The notes under the pieces: model-generated
Told to the model about the DNA's origin: nothing
Seen by the model: the letters and a program-made list of their open reading frames with translations, nothing else
Databases searched by the model: none
Translations under genes and position numbers: made by a program
Source of the DNA: an uncultured Balneolaceae bacterium
GTDB taxonomy: Bacteria; Bacteroidota; Rhodothermia; Balneolales; Balneolaceae
Length of the DNA: 55,822 nucleotides
Direction: 5' to 3'
Assembly (NCBI GenBank): GCA_937982515.1
Contig: CALJMB010000326.1
Location: 1 to 55,822, forward strand
Part shown: positions 1 through 10,738 of the stretch, in pieces
How the letters are laid out: the number at the start of each line of letters is the position of its first letter
Position numbering within the stretch: position 1 is the stretch's first letter

Positions 1-507
1 CTTGGGCGGATGAACCCGGGTTGCCGGTTCACACGTTCACACGTTGTTCCGAAGACGGGTTCACCCCTAAATCCCCTATAGGGGATTTATTGAATGGCGC
101 AGACAGGAGCACGAACGGACGTTCGCGCTATACCTAAGAAGAACGTAACCGCTCTGCACGGCCTTCCGGCCTCTGCTCAAGACACAACCGCTATCTGTAA
201 CAGAGAACCCTTTATACTTCGGAACAAAATCTCTTAGAGAGGTTAGAATGATCGCTTAGTATAAAAACAGTCAAGAACATCATCTTACAGTCAGGTTAAA
301 CTAAAAGCACAACAGTTATATAAGGTTGATCAAAAAGTTGCAGGGTACGGTACTGCCTGAGTGAATTTTGAAGGCGCTCTTCGCCGTAAAGTCTGCCCCG
401 GCGCATCGAATTAGGAAACGTATGGTGAGTACGTTCTGAAATATTTGGGTGTGCTGTGCGTTTTGTTCCGGTGCAGACAAGAGATTTTTTAATAATCGTT
501 CTTATAT

Positions 508-2046
508 ATGAGTACAGAAGAAACTCCGGAAGAACATAATCAGACAGGGTTCAGAAGCTACAGACTTAATCTCATAGAGGAGTTATTCGACAATACACCC
601 ATGCCAACATGTATACTGGAAGGGCCCGATCACCGGTTGCGCTACATGAATCAGAGGTTCCGCCAGTTATATGGAAATCGTCTGCTTCGTCCCGGAGTGC
701 AGGCAAAGGATATTCTATCTTACTTTAAAGGCTATAAAGGAGAGGCAGGCAACGGGTTGAAAATACTGAATCGCATCTATACCACAGGCGAGCCTTTTTT
801 CGCCAACGAATTCAAAGCTTCTATAGATTCTAAAGGCACAGGAGAGCTCGAAGAAAGGTATTTCAACTTGATCTGCCAGCCCTTAAAAGATATAAAAGAA
901 GAAGTATACGGACTTTTTATTATCGGTTATGAGGTTACGGGGCAGGTAGAGTACCGCCAGGAGATAGTAGAGCAGGAGCGGAAGCTTAAAATAGCCCTTG
1001 AAGGCGCGAATATCGGTTTTTGGGAGGTAGATGCCAAAAACAAGGTATTTAATTTCGTGTCCGATGAATTTAAAGAACAGCTCGGTTACCCGCCCGAGGC
1101 CTCTCTCAGCTACCAGGATTTTCTGGAGGCCGTACATCCGGATGATATTGAGAAAGTGAGAAATAAATATAAACAGGCAGCAGATGCCGACAGATTGTAC
1201 GAGGTCGAATATCGGGTAGTATGGCCGGATGGATCCCTGCACTGGATATTAGATCGCGGGCAAATTATTTTCGATGAAAACGGGGTTCAGGACCGCCGTA
1301 TTGGCGTAAGCATCGATATCACCCAAAGTAAACAGGTTGAACAGCAACTGAAAGAAACCCTTCGGCTGCGGGATAACTTCCTGTCCATAGCTTCCCACGA
1401 ACTGCAAACTCCGGTTACCAGTATGAAAGTACAGGCTGAACTGTTTGAACGCCAGTTGAGTGAAGCAGGAGATCAGGCTTATGCCGAGCAAGCCAGAAAA
1501 ATCAGTGAGAGGGTAGATGAACTATCCCGGCTAACGGGAGAGCTGCTTGATATCTCCCGCATAGAAGAGGGGAAGCTGCAGTTGGAAAAAGAACTATTCC
1601 CTATCTCCGGGCTGATAGAAGATTCTGCCAATACATTCAGGCACGTTTCCCATCACGATATTGAAATAAGAGGCAGCGGCACTCAATATGTCTATGCCGA
1701 CAGGTTCCGCATAGGGCAGGTGTTGATGAACCTGCTGGAAAATGCCATTAAGTACTCGCCTGATGAGAATAAAATCATTATACGCTACCGGGTGGATGCA
1801 GGAAAAGTAGTGGTATCGGTCACTGATTTCGGCATTGGAGTATCCAGGGAGGATCAACAGAAAGTGTTCCAGCGGTTCTTTAAGGGGAAGGACAAGATAA
1901 AGGAAACCTATCCTGGATTTGGGGTGGGGCTTTACATCTCTCTAAAGATCGTTGAACGACACGGCGGAGGTATTTGGGTAGAAGATAACAAGGGAAAAGG
2001 CTCGGTTTTCTCCTTCAGCCTGCCTCTGGCAGATGCCGGTAATTGA
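508..2046 (+). CDS. PAS-domain sensor histidine kinase
   Basis: 512-aa ORF; PAS-like N-terminal segments; H-box SHELQTPV; N-box LLENAIKYS; G-boxes DFGIGV and GFGVGLYIS. Confidence 0.85.
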   Translation: MSTEETPEEHNQTGFRSYRLNLIEELFDNTPMPTCILEGPDHRLRYMNQRFRQLYGNRLLRPGVQAKDILSYFKGYKGEAGNGLKILNRIYTTGEPFFANEFKASIDSKGTGELEERYFNLICQPLKDIKEEVYGLFIIGYEVTGQVEYRQEIVEQERKLKIALEGANIGFWEVDAKNKVFNFVSDEFKEQLGYPPEASLSYQDFLEAVHPDDIEKVRNKYKQAADADRLYEVEYRVVWPDGSLHWILDRGQIIFDENGVQDRRIGVSIDITQSKQVEQQLKETLRLRDNFLSIASHELQTPVTSMKVQAELFERQLSEAGDQAYAEQARKISERVDELSRLTGELLDISRIEEGKLQLEKELFPISGLIEDSANTFRHVSHHDIEIRGSGTQYVYADRFRIGQVLMNLLENAIKYSPDENKIIIRYRVDAGKVVVSVTDFGIGVSREDQQKVFQRFFKGKDKIKETYPGFGVGLYISLKIVERHGGGIWVEDNKGKGSVFSFSLPLADAGN

Positions 2047-2173
2047 TTTACGGATTCGGTTTATCCCTCCTGAATTCCCTAAAGGGGGCTTTGGGCACCC
2101 TTAACCTGCACTAAAGCATATTTAGCAGCCGGCCCGATAACGTTCCCCTTCCCGGGCGTTGCCAGAAAAAAAT

Positions 2174-2205
2174 ACAGGATATCCGCCGACTGGCGGATAT
2201 CCTGT
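2174..2205 (-). terminator. Hairpin ACAGGATATCCGCC-GACT-GGCGGATATCCTGT; the A-run at 2165-2172 gives a U-run on the minus strand (clpB terminator)
   Basis: Perfect 14-bp inverted repeat read directly; lies 57 nt downstream of the clpB stop. Confidence 0.8.
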
Positions 2206-2261
2206 ACATGATTGATTTCGGCGTATAATTTCATGCAGAATTACAGCATCCTGCAACTGCA

Positions 2262-4895
2262 TCAGTCCGCCCAGGCTTCGGCATCGCTGAATACCTCGGC
2301 AAACTCAATGGTTTCGCCATCCGGGCTGAGTGTGGCCTCGAACTCTGCCGGGCCTTCATCATCACGCTTGATTAAATGCGTAGCCAGTTTGTTGACGATC
2401 TGGGTCTGTATAAGGCGCTTCAGAGGCCGCGCACCATACACAGGATCGTATCCACGGACCGCCAGCCAGTCTTTTACGCCGTCGGTAATGTTCACTTTCA
2501 CACCGCGCTTTTCCAGCATCTGATCTACCCGCTTAAGCTGTATCTCCACAATCATACGGATGTGTTCTTTACTGAGCGGATGGAACACGATGATGTCATC
2601 CACCCGATTCAGAAACTCCGGCCGGATCGTTTTCCTGAGCTGATCCAGCAGCTTATCCTGCAGTTCATGGTACACTTCCTCGCTGAAGCGGCCACCCGTC
2701 TCCTCAATCTTATCCTGGATCAGGTGAGAGCCGATGTTGCTGGTCATAATGATGATGGTGTTGGTAAAGTTTACGGTAACACCTTTATTATCCGTCAGGC
2801 GGCCCTCATCCAGTACCTGCAGCAGGATGTTGAATACATCCGGGTGCGCCTTTTCAACCTCATCCAGCAGTACGACAGAATAGGGGTGGCGGCGTACAGC
2901 TTCGGTGAGCTGGCCGCCTTCCTCATAGCCTACATAGCCCGGAGGGGCACCGACCAGGCGGCTCACACTGTGGCGCTCCATGTATTCACTCATGTCTATG
3001 CGCACCATCGCGTGCTCGTCATCAAACAGAAAGTCGGCCAGTGAGCGCGCCAATTCCGTCTTACCCACGCCTGTTGAGCCGAGGAAGAAGAAGGAACCGA
3101 TGGGACGGTTTTCGTCCTGGAGTCCGGCACGCGCCCGGCGAACGGCGTTGGATACCGCTTCGATGGCTGCATCCTGGCCGATTACACGTTTGTGGAGCTC
3201 TTCTTCCAGCATAACCAGTTTCTGCCGCTCACTCTGCAACATCTTATGAACCGGCACACCCGTCCACCGCGATACAATATCAGCGATTTCTTCGGCTTCT
3301 ACCTCTTCCTTCAGCATGGCTCTGCCTTCCTGAATTTGGGCCAGCTTTTCGTTGGTCTCTTTCAGGTCATTTTCCAGTTGGATAATGGTACCGTAGCGGA
3401 GCTCGGCTACTTTTTCGTAGTTGCCTTCACGTTCCGCCTTCTCGGCCTCATTACGCGTGGTTTCAATGGCTTGCTTTAGTTCGCGCGTCTTCTGTATGAG
3501 GTCGCGTTCCATATTCCACTGAGCCCGCATGGAACTGCGCTGCTCCGTCAGGTCGGCCAGCTCCTTGTCTATACTTTGGATTTTGGCTTCTTCGTTTTCG
3601 CGCTTCAGTGCCTCACGTTCGATTTCCAGCTGGCGGATCTGCCGCTCTATACTGTCCAGCTCTTCCGGCATAGAATCGATTTCCAGCCGCAGCCGCGAGG
3701 CCGCTTCATCGATCAGGTCGATTGCTTTGTCAGGCAGGAAACGGTCTGAAATGTAGCGGTGCGAGAGCTCGGCGGCGGCTACTATAGCGCCGTCGGTAAT
3801 ACGCACCCCGTGGTGCAGCTCGTAGCGTTCCTGCAATCCACGCAGGATAGATACGGTATCCTCAACTGAGGGTTCTCCAATATATACGGTCTGGAGGCGA
3901 CGCTCCAGCGCTTTGTCTTTTTCAATATACTTGCGGTACTCGTTTGTTGTGGTGGCACCGATGGCGTGCAGCTCTCCCCGCGCCAGTGAAGGTTTAAGGA
4001 TATTGGCCGCATCCATAGCCCCTTCGCTGGCTCCGGCTCCAACCAGGGTGTGTATTTCGTCTATAAAGAGAATAATCTCTCCATTGGAGTCGTTAACTTC
4101 GTTGATTACCGCCTTGAGCCGTTCCTCAAACTCACCGCGGAATTTGGTACCGGCCATAAGGGCTCCCATGTCCAAAGCTACGATACGCTTGGTTTTGAGT
4201 CCTTCAGGCACATCGCCCCGGGTGATGCGAAGCGCCATACCCTCGGCAATAGCCGTTTTACCAACGCCGGGTTCACCAATAAGCACTGGGTTGTTCTTGG
4301 TACGGCGGGTGAGGATCTGCATGACCCGGCGTATTTCCTGATCGCGCCCGATTACCGGGTCCAGTCTGTTCTTCTCCGCCAGTTCATTCAGGTCACGCGC
4401 ATACTTTTTCAAGGCATTATAGCGGCTCTCGGCATTGGGATCGTCTACTTTCTGTGAGCCGCGCACATCCTGCAATACTTTAAGAATATCGTTCTTTTTA
4501 ATACCGTGCTGTTTCAGCAGTCTGGAAACTTCGCCTTTGGCCTCGATCATTCCGATGAGAATATGTTCGGAGCTGATATACTCATCGCCAAGCTCATCGG
4601 CCGCTTTCTGCGCACGATCGAAAAGCTCTTTCGAGTCGTTAGAAAGATACTGGCCCGATACGGAAGCGCCTTTAACTACCGGTAACTTGTCTTTAACCTG
4701 CTCAAGTTCGCTTCTCAACTGGGGGATATGCACTCCCAGCTTATTCAAAATTGTATTTACAATATTGTCCGCGTCAGAGAGCAGGGCCAGTAATATATGG
4801 GCAGGGTCTACCGCCTGATGATTATGGCCCGAAGCAATGTCCAGAGCTGACTGAATGGCCTCCTGTGCTTTTAATGTAAATTTATTGAGGTTCAT
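2262..4895 (-). CDS. clpB: ATP-dependent chaperone/disaggregase ClpB
   Basis: Two AAA+ modules with Walker A GEPGVGKT and GSTGVGKT, long coiled-coil middle domain, Clp N-domain. Start placed at internal [15 protein letters not shown] (Met28 of the 904-aa ORF), the typical ClpB N-terminus. Confidence 0.95.
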   Translation of the reverse strand: MNLNKFTLKAQEAIQSALDIASGHNHQAVDPAHILLALLSDADNIVNTILNKLGVHIPQLRSELEQVKDKLPVVKGASVSGQYLSNDSKELFDRAQKAADELGDEYISSEHILIGMIEAKGEVSRLLKQHGIKKNDILKVLQDVRGSQKVDDPNAESRYNALKKYARDLNELAEKNRLDPVIGRDQEIRRVMQILTRRTKNNPVLIGEPGVGKTAIAEGMALRITRGDVPEGLKTKRIVALDMGALMAGTKFRGEFEERLKAVINEVNDSNGEIILFIDEIHTLVGAGASEGAMDAANILKPSLARGELHAIGATTTNEYRKYIEKDKALERRLQTVYIGEPSVEDTVSILRGLQERYELHHGVRITDGAIVAAAELSHRYISDRFLPDKAIDLIDEAASRLRLEIDSMPEELDSIERQIRQLEIEREALKRENEEAKIQSIDKELADLTEQRSSMRAQWNMERDLIQKTRELKQAIETTRNEAEKAEREGNYEKVAELRYGTIIQLENDLKETNEKLAQIQEGRAMLKEEVEAEEIADIVSRWTGVPVHKMLQSERQKLVMLEEELHKRVIGQDAAIEAVSNAVRRARAGLQDENRPIGSFFFLGSTGVGKTELARSLADFLFDDEHAMVRIDMSEYMERHSVSRLVGAPPGYVGYEEGGQLTEAVRRHPYSVVLLDEVEKAHPDVFNILLQVLDEGRLTDNKGVTVNFTNTIIIMTSNIGSHLIQDKIEETGGRFSEEVYHELQDKLLDQLRKTIRPEFLNRVDDIIVFHPLSKEHIRMIVEIQLKRVDQMLEKRGVKVNITDGVKDWLAVRGYDPVYGARPLKRLIQTQIVNKLATHLIKRDDEGPAEFEATLSPDGETIEFAEVFSDAEAWAD

Positions 4896-5203
4896 AATAG
4901 TCTTGTGGTTTATTCCTGAAAATCCTTCTGTTTTTGTTTTATATACGAGCCAATACCATACCGGCTGGTAAAGCATGTCTAAATTACAGCCATCCAGTTG
5001 TAAACATCTGTCTTTTTTACCTAAAAATCAGATTTCTGTCAAATCGGTACCTATGGATGTGCCTCGACGTATGTTTTGGCAGTATTTGTGGCGCCTCGTG
5101 TGATTATGGCCGTAAAATGAGTGCCGGAACCTGCAAGCGGTGCAACAGGTATAGAAAAATAAATTCCAGTTCCGTTTGATTCCCAGGGAGATACTACACG
5201 CTT

Positions 5204-6430
5204 ATGGATGTTTACTTCTTAAGTATGCTGGTTATAGGTTTCGCGGCATTGAGTATGGCGTGGGTACCGGAACTGACCCGGAAGATCAATATATCCTATT
5301 CCATTGTTTACGTGGCGCTGGGGGTTATAATATACAGCGTATTTGACACGCTTCCCTGGCCCGACCCATTGTGGGAGGAAGATTTTACCGTCCACTTCAC
5401 CGAACTAGTTGTTATCATTGCGCTGATGGGAACCGGATTGAAAATCGACAATCCATTCTCATTCCGCACATGGCATACACCGCTTCGGCTCATATTCATA
5501 ACTATGGGGGTATCTATTTTTGCCCTGGCGGCATTGGGGTATTGGTTCTGCGGTTTTGATATCGCTTCGTCCGTACTACTGGGGGCGGTACTGGCACCTA
5601 CCGATCCGGTCCTGGCATCAGACGTGCAGGTGGGACCTCCAAGCCAAGGTAAGGAAGACGATGATGTACGGTTCACGCTCACGGCGGAGGCAGGTATGAA
5701 CGACGGGATGGCTTTTCCTTTCACCTGGCTGGCTATTGTACTGGCTATTTCTAATGAAACAGGCGAGCCCTGGCTGGTTGAGTGGTTGGCATATGATGTG
5801 GTTTACCGAATTCTGGCGGGGCTGATCATCGGGGTAGGTATGGGGCGAATACTCGCTTATCTGTTTTTCGAACTCCCGGAACGGATGCTGCTTCAGGATG
5901 TACGGGCAGGCTTTGTAGCTCTTTCGATGACTCTGTTCGTGTACGGGCTAACTGAACTGGCACATGGATATGGTTTTGTTTCTGTCTTTGTCGCTGCCCT
6001 TGCTTTCAGAAGTTTTGAAACGACCCATGAATACCACAAGGAGTTACACGATTTTACCCAACAGATTGAACATATTCTGCTGGCCGTTATTTTGATTCTG
6101 TTCGGAGGAAGCCTGGTAAGCGGAGTGCTGGATGAACTGACCTGGAGTATGGTGCTAGGTGGCTTGGTGTATGTGTTCCTGATCCGGCCGGTAGCAGGCC
6201 TGATGGGACTGGCCGGAACCCGCCTCAGCCGGAGAGAGAAGGGAGCCATCAGCTTTTTTGGCATCAAAGGAGTGGGGTCGTTCTTTTATCTTGCCTTTGC
6301 TCTGGATAATGCCGGCTTTCAGTACGAATCCGAGATATGGGCATTTGTTGCTTTTGTCGTTATGAGTTCAATCCTGGTTCATGGCTTAACCGCGCCGTTT
6401 ACCATGGAGAAACTGAAACTGAACATGTAA
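5204..6430 (+). CDS. Cation:proton antiporter (CPA1-type Na+/H+ exchanger)
   Basis: 408-aa polytopic membrane ORF; APTDPV and TAEAGMNDG motifs typical of Na+/H+ exchanger family. Confidence 0.8.
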   Translation: MDVYFLSMLVIGFAALSMAWVPELTRKINISYSIVYVALGVIIYSVFDTLPWPDPLWEEDFTVHFTELVVIIALMGTGLKIDNPFSFRTWHTPLRLIFITMGVSIFALAALGYWFCGFDIASSVLLGAVLAPTDPVLASDVQVGPPSQGKEDDDVRFTLTAEAGMNDGMAFPFTWLAIVLAISNETGEPWLVEWLAYDVVYRILAGLIIGVGMGRILAYLFFELPERMLLQDVRAGFVALSMTLFVYGLTELAHGYGFVSVFVAALAFRSFETTHEYHKELHDFTQQIEHILLAVILILFGGSLVSGVLDELTWSMVLGGLVYVFLIRPVAGLMGLAGTRLSRREKGAISFFGIKGVGSFFYLAFALDNAGFQYESEIWAFVAFVVMSSILVHGLTAPFTMEKLKLNM

Positions 6431-6594
6431 ACGGAGAGGAAGGAAACGAATAAGTGTTATAATCGCAGTTGGCGGTCTGTCTATACATGAAGCATATCGG
6501 ACGGCGTTGAAAAGGAAGTATATTATGTGCTCTGTGCCTTGCCGTACTGCTGTCATGGAGATATCGGTTAAACGTTTAGCTGCACATACAATCC

Positions 6595-6963
6595 ATGTAC
6601 CACATCCTCGATATATTCTTTCTCATATTCCACAGTACGCTTATTCTGTTCAATCTGTTTGGGTGGATGTGGAAGAAAACCCGGAAGCTGAATTTAGTAA
6701 CCCTATCTCTGACTGCTTTCTCCTGGATTGTACTTGGTCTTTGGTATGGCTTCGGCTATTGCCCCTGTACCGACTGGCATTGGAGAGTACGAAGGGAGCT
6801 GGGGTATAGAGATCTGCCCAACTCCTACATCAAGTTCTTAATTGATGAACTGGCGGGAATTGAAATCGCCGCCTATACCGTTGATCTGTGGACGGCCATT
6901 CTGTTTGCTGCTGCGTTTGTAGTATCGATCTGTATAAACCTGAAGAAAGAACAGGGCTTGTAG
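6595..6963 (+). CDS. Small membrane protein (DUF2784-like)
   Basis: 122-aa ORF with 3-4 hydrophobic helices and CPCTDWHW motif; preferred over the overlapping 6507..6809 ORF. Confidence 0.5.
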   Translation: MYHILDIFFLIFHSTLILFNLFGWMWKKTRKLNLVTLSLTAFSWIVLGLWYGFGYCPCTDWHWRVRRELGYRDLPNSYIKFLIDELAGIEIAAYTVDLWTAILFAAAFVVSICINLKKEQGL

Positions 6964-7087
6964 TCTGAATTCAGAATTCTGAATGGCGTGGTAAAAGGCT
7001 GTAGCTGTAGAATTGTAAAATCGTTGAGGAAGCTCTCTACAGTTTTGCAATTCTACAGTTCTACGGTGTCATCACTCATTACTTCTA

Positions 7088-8077
7088 CTAACTGCTGCGT
7101 AGCTTAGCCAGTCTCTGGAAAAGCTCTTTTTCCTTTTCGGAGAGTTTTTCGGGAACCTGAATCTGCACGCGGACCAGGAAGTCACCTTTTTGGGAGGGAT
7201 TCTGGAATTTGGGCATGCCCAGACCCGTTAATCTGAAAAGCTTGCCGCCTGAAGTGCCGGCCGGAATATTAAGTTTTGCTTTTCCGCCTGGGGTCGGCAC
7301 TACAACCTCGCCTCCCAGTACGGCTGTGTAAAGGTCTACAGGTTGATTGTAGTAAATATTATCACCTTTGCGCTCATACCCTTCCGGTATATTGACGCGG
7401 ATGGTCAGGTATAAATCTCCCTTAAGCCCACCTGGTATGGACGAGGCCCCTTTGCCACTGAGTTTGAGACGCTGGCCGTCTTTTATTCCCTTGGGTATTT
7501 TTACCTTCATTTTTTCATCGCCTACCCGCAGGGTACGGCTGGTGCCTTTATAAGCTTCCTGAAGGGTAATCTCTACTTCTGCTTCAATGTCTCTCTGAGT
7601 GGTTCCGGTTGCTTGCTGCCGGGCAGTTCTGGTTCTGAAATCCTGTGCCTGAGAACGCCCTCCGAAGGGACTCCCACCTCCGAACAGCGTTTCAAAAAAG
7701 CTGGAGAATGGACGGCCTCCCCCCGTTTGTCCTTCACCAAAAATATCGTTGAAATTCACTTGGTAAGACTGTCCGCCAAAGCCCTGTTGTTGTCCCTGCC
7801 GGGCATACCGTGACCAGTCAAAATCGTCAGCGCCTCCACCGGAACGCTGATACTGTTTCCAGTCTTTTCCCACCCTGTCGTATAGTTTTCGTTTTTCAGG
7901 GTCTTGTAATACTTCGTAAGCCTCTCCTACTTCTTTAAACTTTTCCTCTGCAGAAGGGTCATCAGGATTTCTGTCCGGATGGTACTTGGCGGCCAGTTTG
8001 CGGTAAGCTTTCTTTATCTCATCCTGAGAAGCATTCCTGCCAACCCCTAATATGTTATAGTAGTTTTTGTATTCCAT
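7088..8077 (-). CDS. cbpA: J-domain co-chaperone without zinc finger (CbpA-like DnaJ homologue)
   Basis: N-terminal J domain with HPD ([10 protein letters not shown]), G/F-rich linker, two C-terminal beta domains, no CxxCxGxG repeats. Confidence 0.8.
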   Translation of the reverse strand: MEYKNYYNILGVGRNASQDEIKKAYRKLAAKYHPDRNPDDPSAEEKFKEVGEAYEVLQDPEKRKLYDRVGKDWKQYQRSGGGADDFDWSRYARQGQQQGFGGQSYQVNFNDIFGEGQTGGGRPFSSFFETLFGGGSPFGGRSQAQDFRTRTARQQATGTTQRDIEAEVEITLQEAYKGTSRTLRVGDEKMKVKIPKGIKDGQRLKLSGKGASSIPGGLKGDLYLTIRVNIPEGYERKGDNIYYNQPVDLYTAVLGGEVVVPTPGGKAKLNIPAGTSGGKLFRLTGLGMPKFQNPSQKGDFLVRVQIQVPEKLSEKEKELFQRLAKLRSS

Positions 8078-8203
8078 TGTAAACTGCTATGGATAGTATA
8101 TTAATCAATGTTATAACGCATTGTATACAGAAGCAAATAAGATGCCATCCCCTCAACCCTATCGAATTGGCAAATATACTCATTTATTAAGTCAGGCTGT
8201 CAT

Positions 8204-8236
8204 AAAAAAAGCCCTCCGGGTTGCAGAGGGCTTTTT
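8204..8236 (-). terminator. Bidirectional hairpin GCCCTC-N9-GAGGGC flanked by an A-run and a T-run (htrA terminator)
   Basis: Read directly; 26 nt downstream of the htrA stop. Confidence 0.75.
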
Positions 8237-8261
8237 GCTTGAGGTTGCTGCGAGGCCTTTT

Positions 8262-9755
8262 CTATAATTCGAAAGCGATGAACAAGCCGGTGCCTTGCCT
8301 TATAACTCTGAGCAGAACAGCCTGATTGCCTTCTTCAACCAGTTCGTTCATGATATTGTTGAAGTCTCCCACATCTTCTATACGCTGGCGGGCAATACTT
8401 ACAATGACATCGCCTTGCCTGAGCCCCTGACGATAGGCGTCACTTCCCCTGCTGATGTTTGTAACTACCACACCTTTGGTATTTCGGGAAAGTTTTAGCT
8501 GACGCGCAATTTCCGGCGTTACGTTCTGCACTGCAAATCCAAGATTGTCTTCCAGATCTCCACCGCCAGAAGAGTCATTGGAAGAAGCGGTTTGGTCACC
8601 GGGTAATTCACCCAGGGATACTTCTATCTTTTGTTGTTCTCCATCGCGAATAATGTCCAGTGTAACCTTTGTTCCTGGTTTTTTGCCGGCCACATCTGTC
8701 CGGAATGCGTAGTAGGTTTTCACGCGCTTACCGTTCATGGCTATGATAACATCGCCTTCCTGTAAGCCGGCTTCCTCAGCAGGGGTGCCTTCTTCAACAG
8801 TGTTGATAAGAACCCCTTGCGTTTGGTCAATACCTAATGCCTCAGCCATCGTGGCATCTAACGTTTGCCCAAAAATACCAAGGTAGGCCCTGGTAACTTC
8901 GCCCGTTTCGATGAGCTGTGTCATTATATTTTTGGCCATATCCACCGGGATAGCGAAACCGATGCCCTGATTCCCCCCCGAACGGGATGCGATGGCCGTA
9001 TTGATACCGATCAATTCCCCGTCAAGGTTGATTAGCGCCCCGCCGGAGTTCCCCGGGTTGATAGCGGCATCGGTTTGTATAAAGTTTTCATAACCGCCGG
9101 TCTGCTGGGCCAACCCTATCGCCCGTCCTTTTCCGGAAACAATACCGAACGAAACAGAATGAGCCAGATTGCCTCCAAAGGGACTGCCTATAGCCAGAAC
9201 AAACTCTCCGACGCGGACATTATCGCTGGTGCCCAGCTCAATGGCCGGGAGGTTTTTGGCATCTATTTTAAGAACGGCAACATCCGTTTGTGGGTCGGTG
9301 CCCACTATTTCCGCGTTCAACTCATTTCCTTCAAATGTACGGACCCGTATTTCGTCAGCGCCCTCCACTACGTGATTGTTGGTCAGGATATATCCATCCT
9401 GAGAGACGATTACACCTGAACCCAGCCCGCTTCGTTGAAATTTCTGAGTGTCGTCTTCGCCGGGGAAATTAAAAAACCGGGAAAAAGGGTTTTGTCTTGT
9501 AACCGTTTGTGTAGTAAAAACGGTTACCACTGTAGGGGTTGTTTTCTCGGTGATGTTTACAATCGCGTCATTTAAATCCTGCAGTGTATTAACGGGTTGC
9601 TGGTCAGACGGTTTTACATCGGTCGTTGAGGTAAAGTCAGGAAGATTGAAGACGGATGCTTTGTTATTTAATGGCTGCAGATCAATAGTATAAAAAGCGA
9701 TAAGCAAAACAGCCAAAGCCGCCAACAGAGCATGTATAGAGTTAAGTGGTTTCAT
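8262..9755 (-). CDS. htrA: Periplasmic serine endoprotease, HtrA/DegP/DegQ family, two PDZ domains
   Basis: Signal peptide; catalytic motifs TNNHV, D, GNSGGAL; two PDZ-like C-terminal segments. Confidence 0.9.
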   Translation of the reverse strand: MKPLNSIHALLAALAVLLIAFYTIDLQPLNNKASVFNLPDFTSTTDVKPSDQQPVNTLQDLNDAIVNITEKTTPTVVTVFTTQTVTRQNPFSRFFNFPGEDDTQKFQRSGLGSGVIVSQDGYILTNNHVVEGADEIRVRTFEGNELNAEIVGTDPQTDVAVLKIDAKNLPAIELGTSDNVRVGEFVLAIGSPFGGNLAHSVSFGIVSGKGRAIGLAQQTGGYENFIQTDAAINPGNSGGALINLDGELIGINTAIASRSGGNQGIGFAIPVDMAKNIMTQLIETGEVTRAYLGIFGQTLDATMAEALGIDQTQGVLINTVEEGTPAEEAGLQEGDVIIAMNGKRVKTYYAFRTDVAGKKPGTKVTLDIIRDGEQQKIEVSLGELPGDQTASSNDSSGGGDLEDNLGFAVQNVTPEIARQLKLSRNTKGVVVTNISRGSDAYRQGLRQGDVIVSIARQRIEDVGDFNNIMNELVEEGNQAVLLRVIRQGTGLFIAFEL

Positions 9756-9908
9756 ATTTAGCTCCGAATTTCAAAATTAAATAATAAGTTAAACAGATTG
9801 TTTTCTAACGTTAGATAAACACAGGACAAGGCCGCTTTATTGTATTGGGGCGTAATGAGATTCAGCCCGGGAACGTCATTATACTCAGACAACTGCCCTT
9901 AAAGCAAA

Positions 9909-9939
9909 CCGGGGGATGCAGGTCTAGTGCACCCCCCGG
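9909..9939 (-). terminator. Hairpin CCGGGGGATGCA-N7-TGCACCCCCCGG downstream of hsp20
   Basis: 12-bp inverted repeat read directly; T-rich tract follows on the minus strand. Confidence 0.7.
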
Positions 9940-9984
9940 AAATTAACGCCATGTCGGGGATACAGCCATGGCTTTTCGGAGTAA

Positions 9985-10413
9985 TTAGCTTATTTCAATT
10001 TGCTTTTTAACTTTGTCCTCTGATTTTGCTATGGTAATATCGAGAACTCCATCTTTGTATTTAGCTTGTACACTATTTTCATCGACGCTGTCGGGGAGCT
10101 GGAAAGAACGGCTGAATGAACCGTATCTGGTTTCTACCCTGTGATAGGTTTCGCCATCTTCCTTTTGTTCAAACTTGCGCTCTCCGCTGATGGTTAACCT
10201 CCGGTTTTCCAAGTCAATGTTGATGTCTTCCTTTTTCAGGCCGGGGAGCTCAGCTGAAATGTGGAACTGATCATCAGTTTCCGAAACATCGATACTTGGT
10301 ACGAATGAGTCTCTGGTGGTACTTACCATATCATTGAAAAATTCATCCATGATATCAGAAAAACGTTTAGGCATTAATCCGAAATCCGGACGGGTATATC
10401 TTGTTAAAGCCAT
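9985..10413 (-). CDS. Hsp20/alpha-crystallin small heat-shock protein
   Basis: 142 aa; alpha-crystallin domain (AELPGLKKEDINIDLENRRLTISGER ... YGSFSRSFQLP ... DGVLDITI). Confidence 0.9.
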   Translation of the reverse strand: MALTRYTRPDFGLMPKRFSDIMDEFFNDMVSTTRDSFVPSIDVSETDDQFHISAELPGLKKEDINIDLENRRLTISGERKFEQKEDGETYHRVETRYGSFSRSFQLPDSVDENSVQAKYKDGVLDITIAKSEDKVKKQIEIS

Positions 10414-10508
10414 AATGTTACCTCTGTTGAGTTTGGGTTTGTGATTAAGGAAACTATACAGTTTTTAGGGCTCGTACATTGTATCTGTTCCAATCTAATT
10501 GCAATACC

Positions 10509-10526
10509 GGCAACACCTATGCCAAG
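10509..10526 (-). promoter_or_regulatory. Candidate sigma-54 -24/-12 element TGGCAT-N5-TTGC upstream of hsp20
   Basis: Minus strand reads cTTGGCATaggtgTTGCCgg; GG-to-GC spacing equals the consensus TGGCAC-N5-TTGC; about 85-95 nt upstream of the hsp20 ATG. Confidence 0.35.
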
Positions 10527-10738
10527 CCTATGGTCATGAGAGAGTTATGACAATCAGCCAGTGGGAATAGATATTTTTACAGGTGGTGGGAAAGGAAGAA
10601 GCGAATCTGTCACCTGACAGGCGGTCAAACCGTCAGACGGAACTGCAAAAGTGGCGGGGAAGGAGTGAGGGATCAGGAGTTGGTTAATCAGGAATTAGGA
10701 ATATAGACAAGGCCAATTCCTAATTCCTGATTTTTAAT

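Noticed and set aside
2212-4818. Multiple plus-strand ORFs (103, 222, 89, 95, 75, 142, 135 and 127 aa) inside the clpB locus
   Set aside because: They are antisense shadows of a very confidently identified 877-aa ClpB gene. Their translations are low-complexity (Ser/Arg/Leu-rich) and have no motifs.
4896-4976. 27-codon N-terminal extension of the ClpB ORF ([27 protein letters not shown])
   Set aside because: ClpB proteins start with the MNLNKFT..A.. Clp-N helix. The extension is hydrophobic and aromatic and has no counterpart.
10686-10732. Canonical intrinsic terminator for the DAHP synthase gene
   Set aside because: The 17-bp hairpin is real, but the T-run lies on the plus strand side. On the minus strand it is followed by AACCAACTCC. 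I kept it only as a member of the word-repeat hairpin class.
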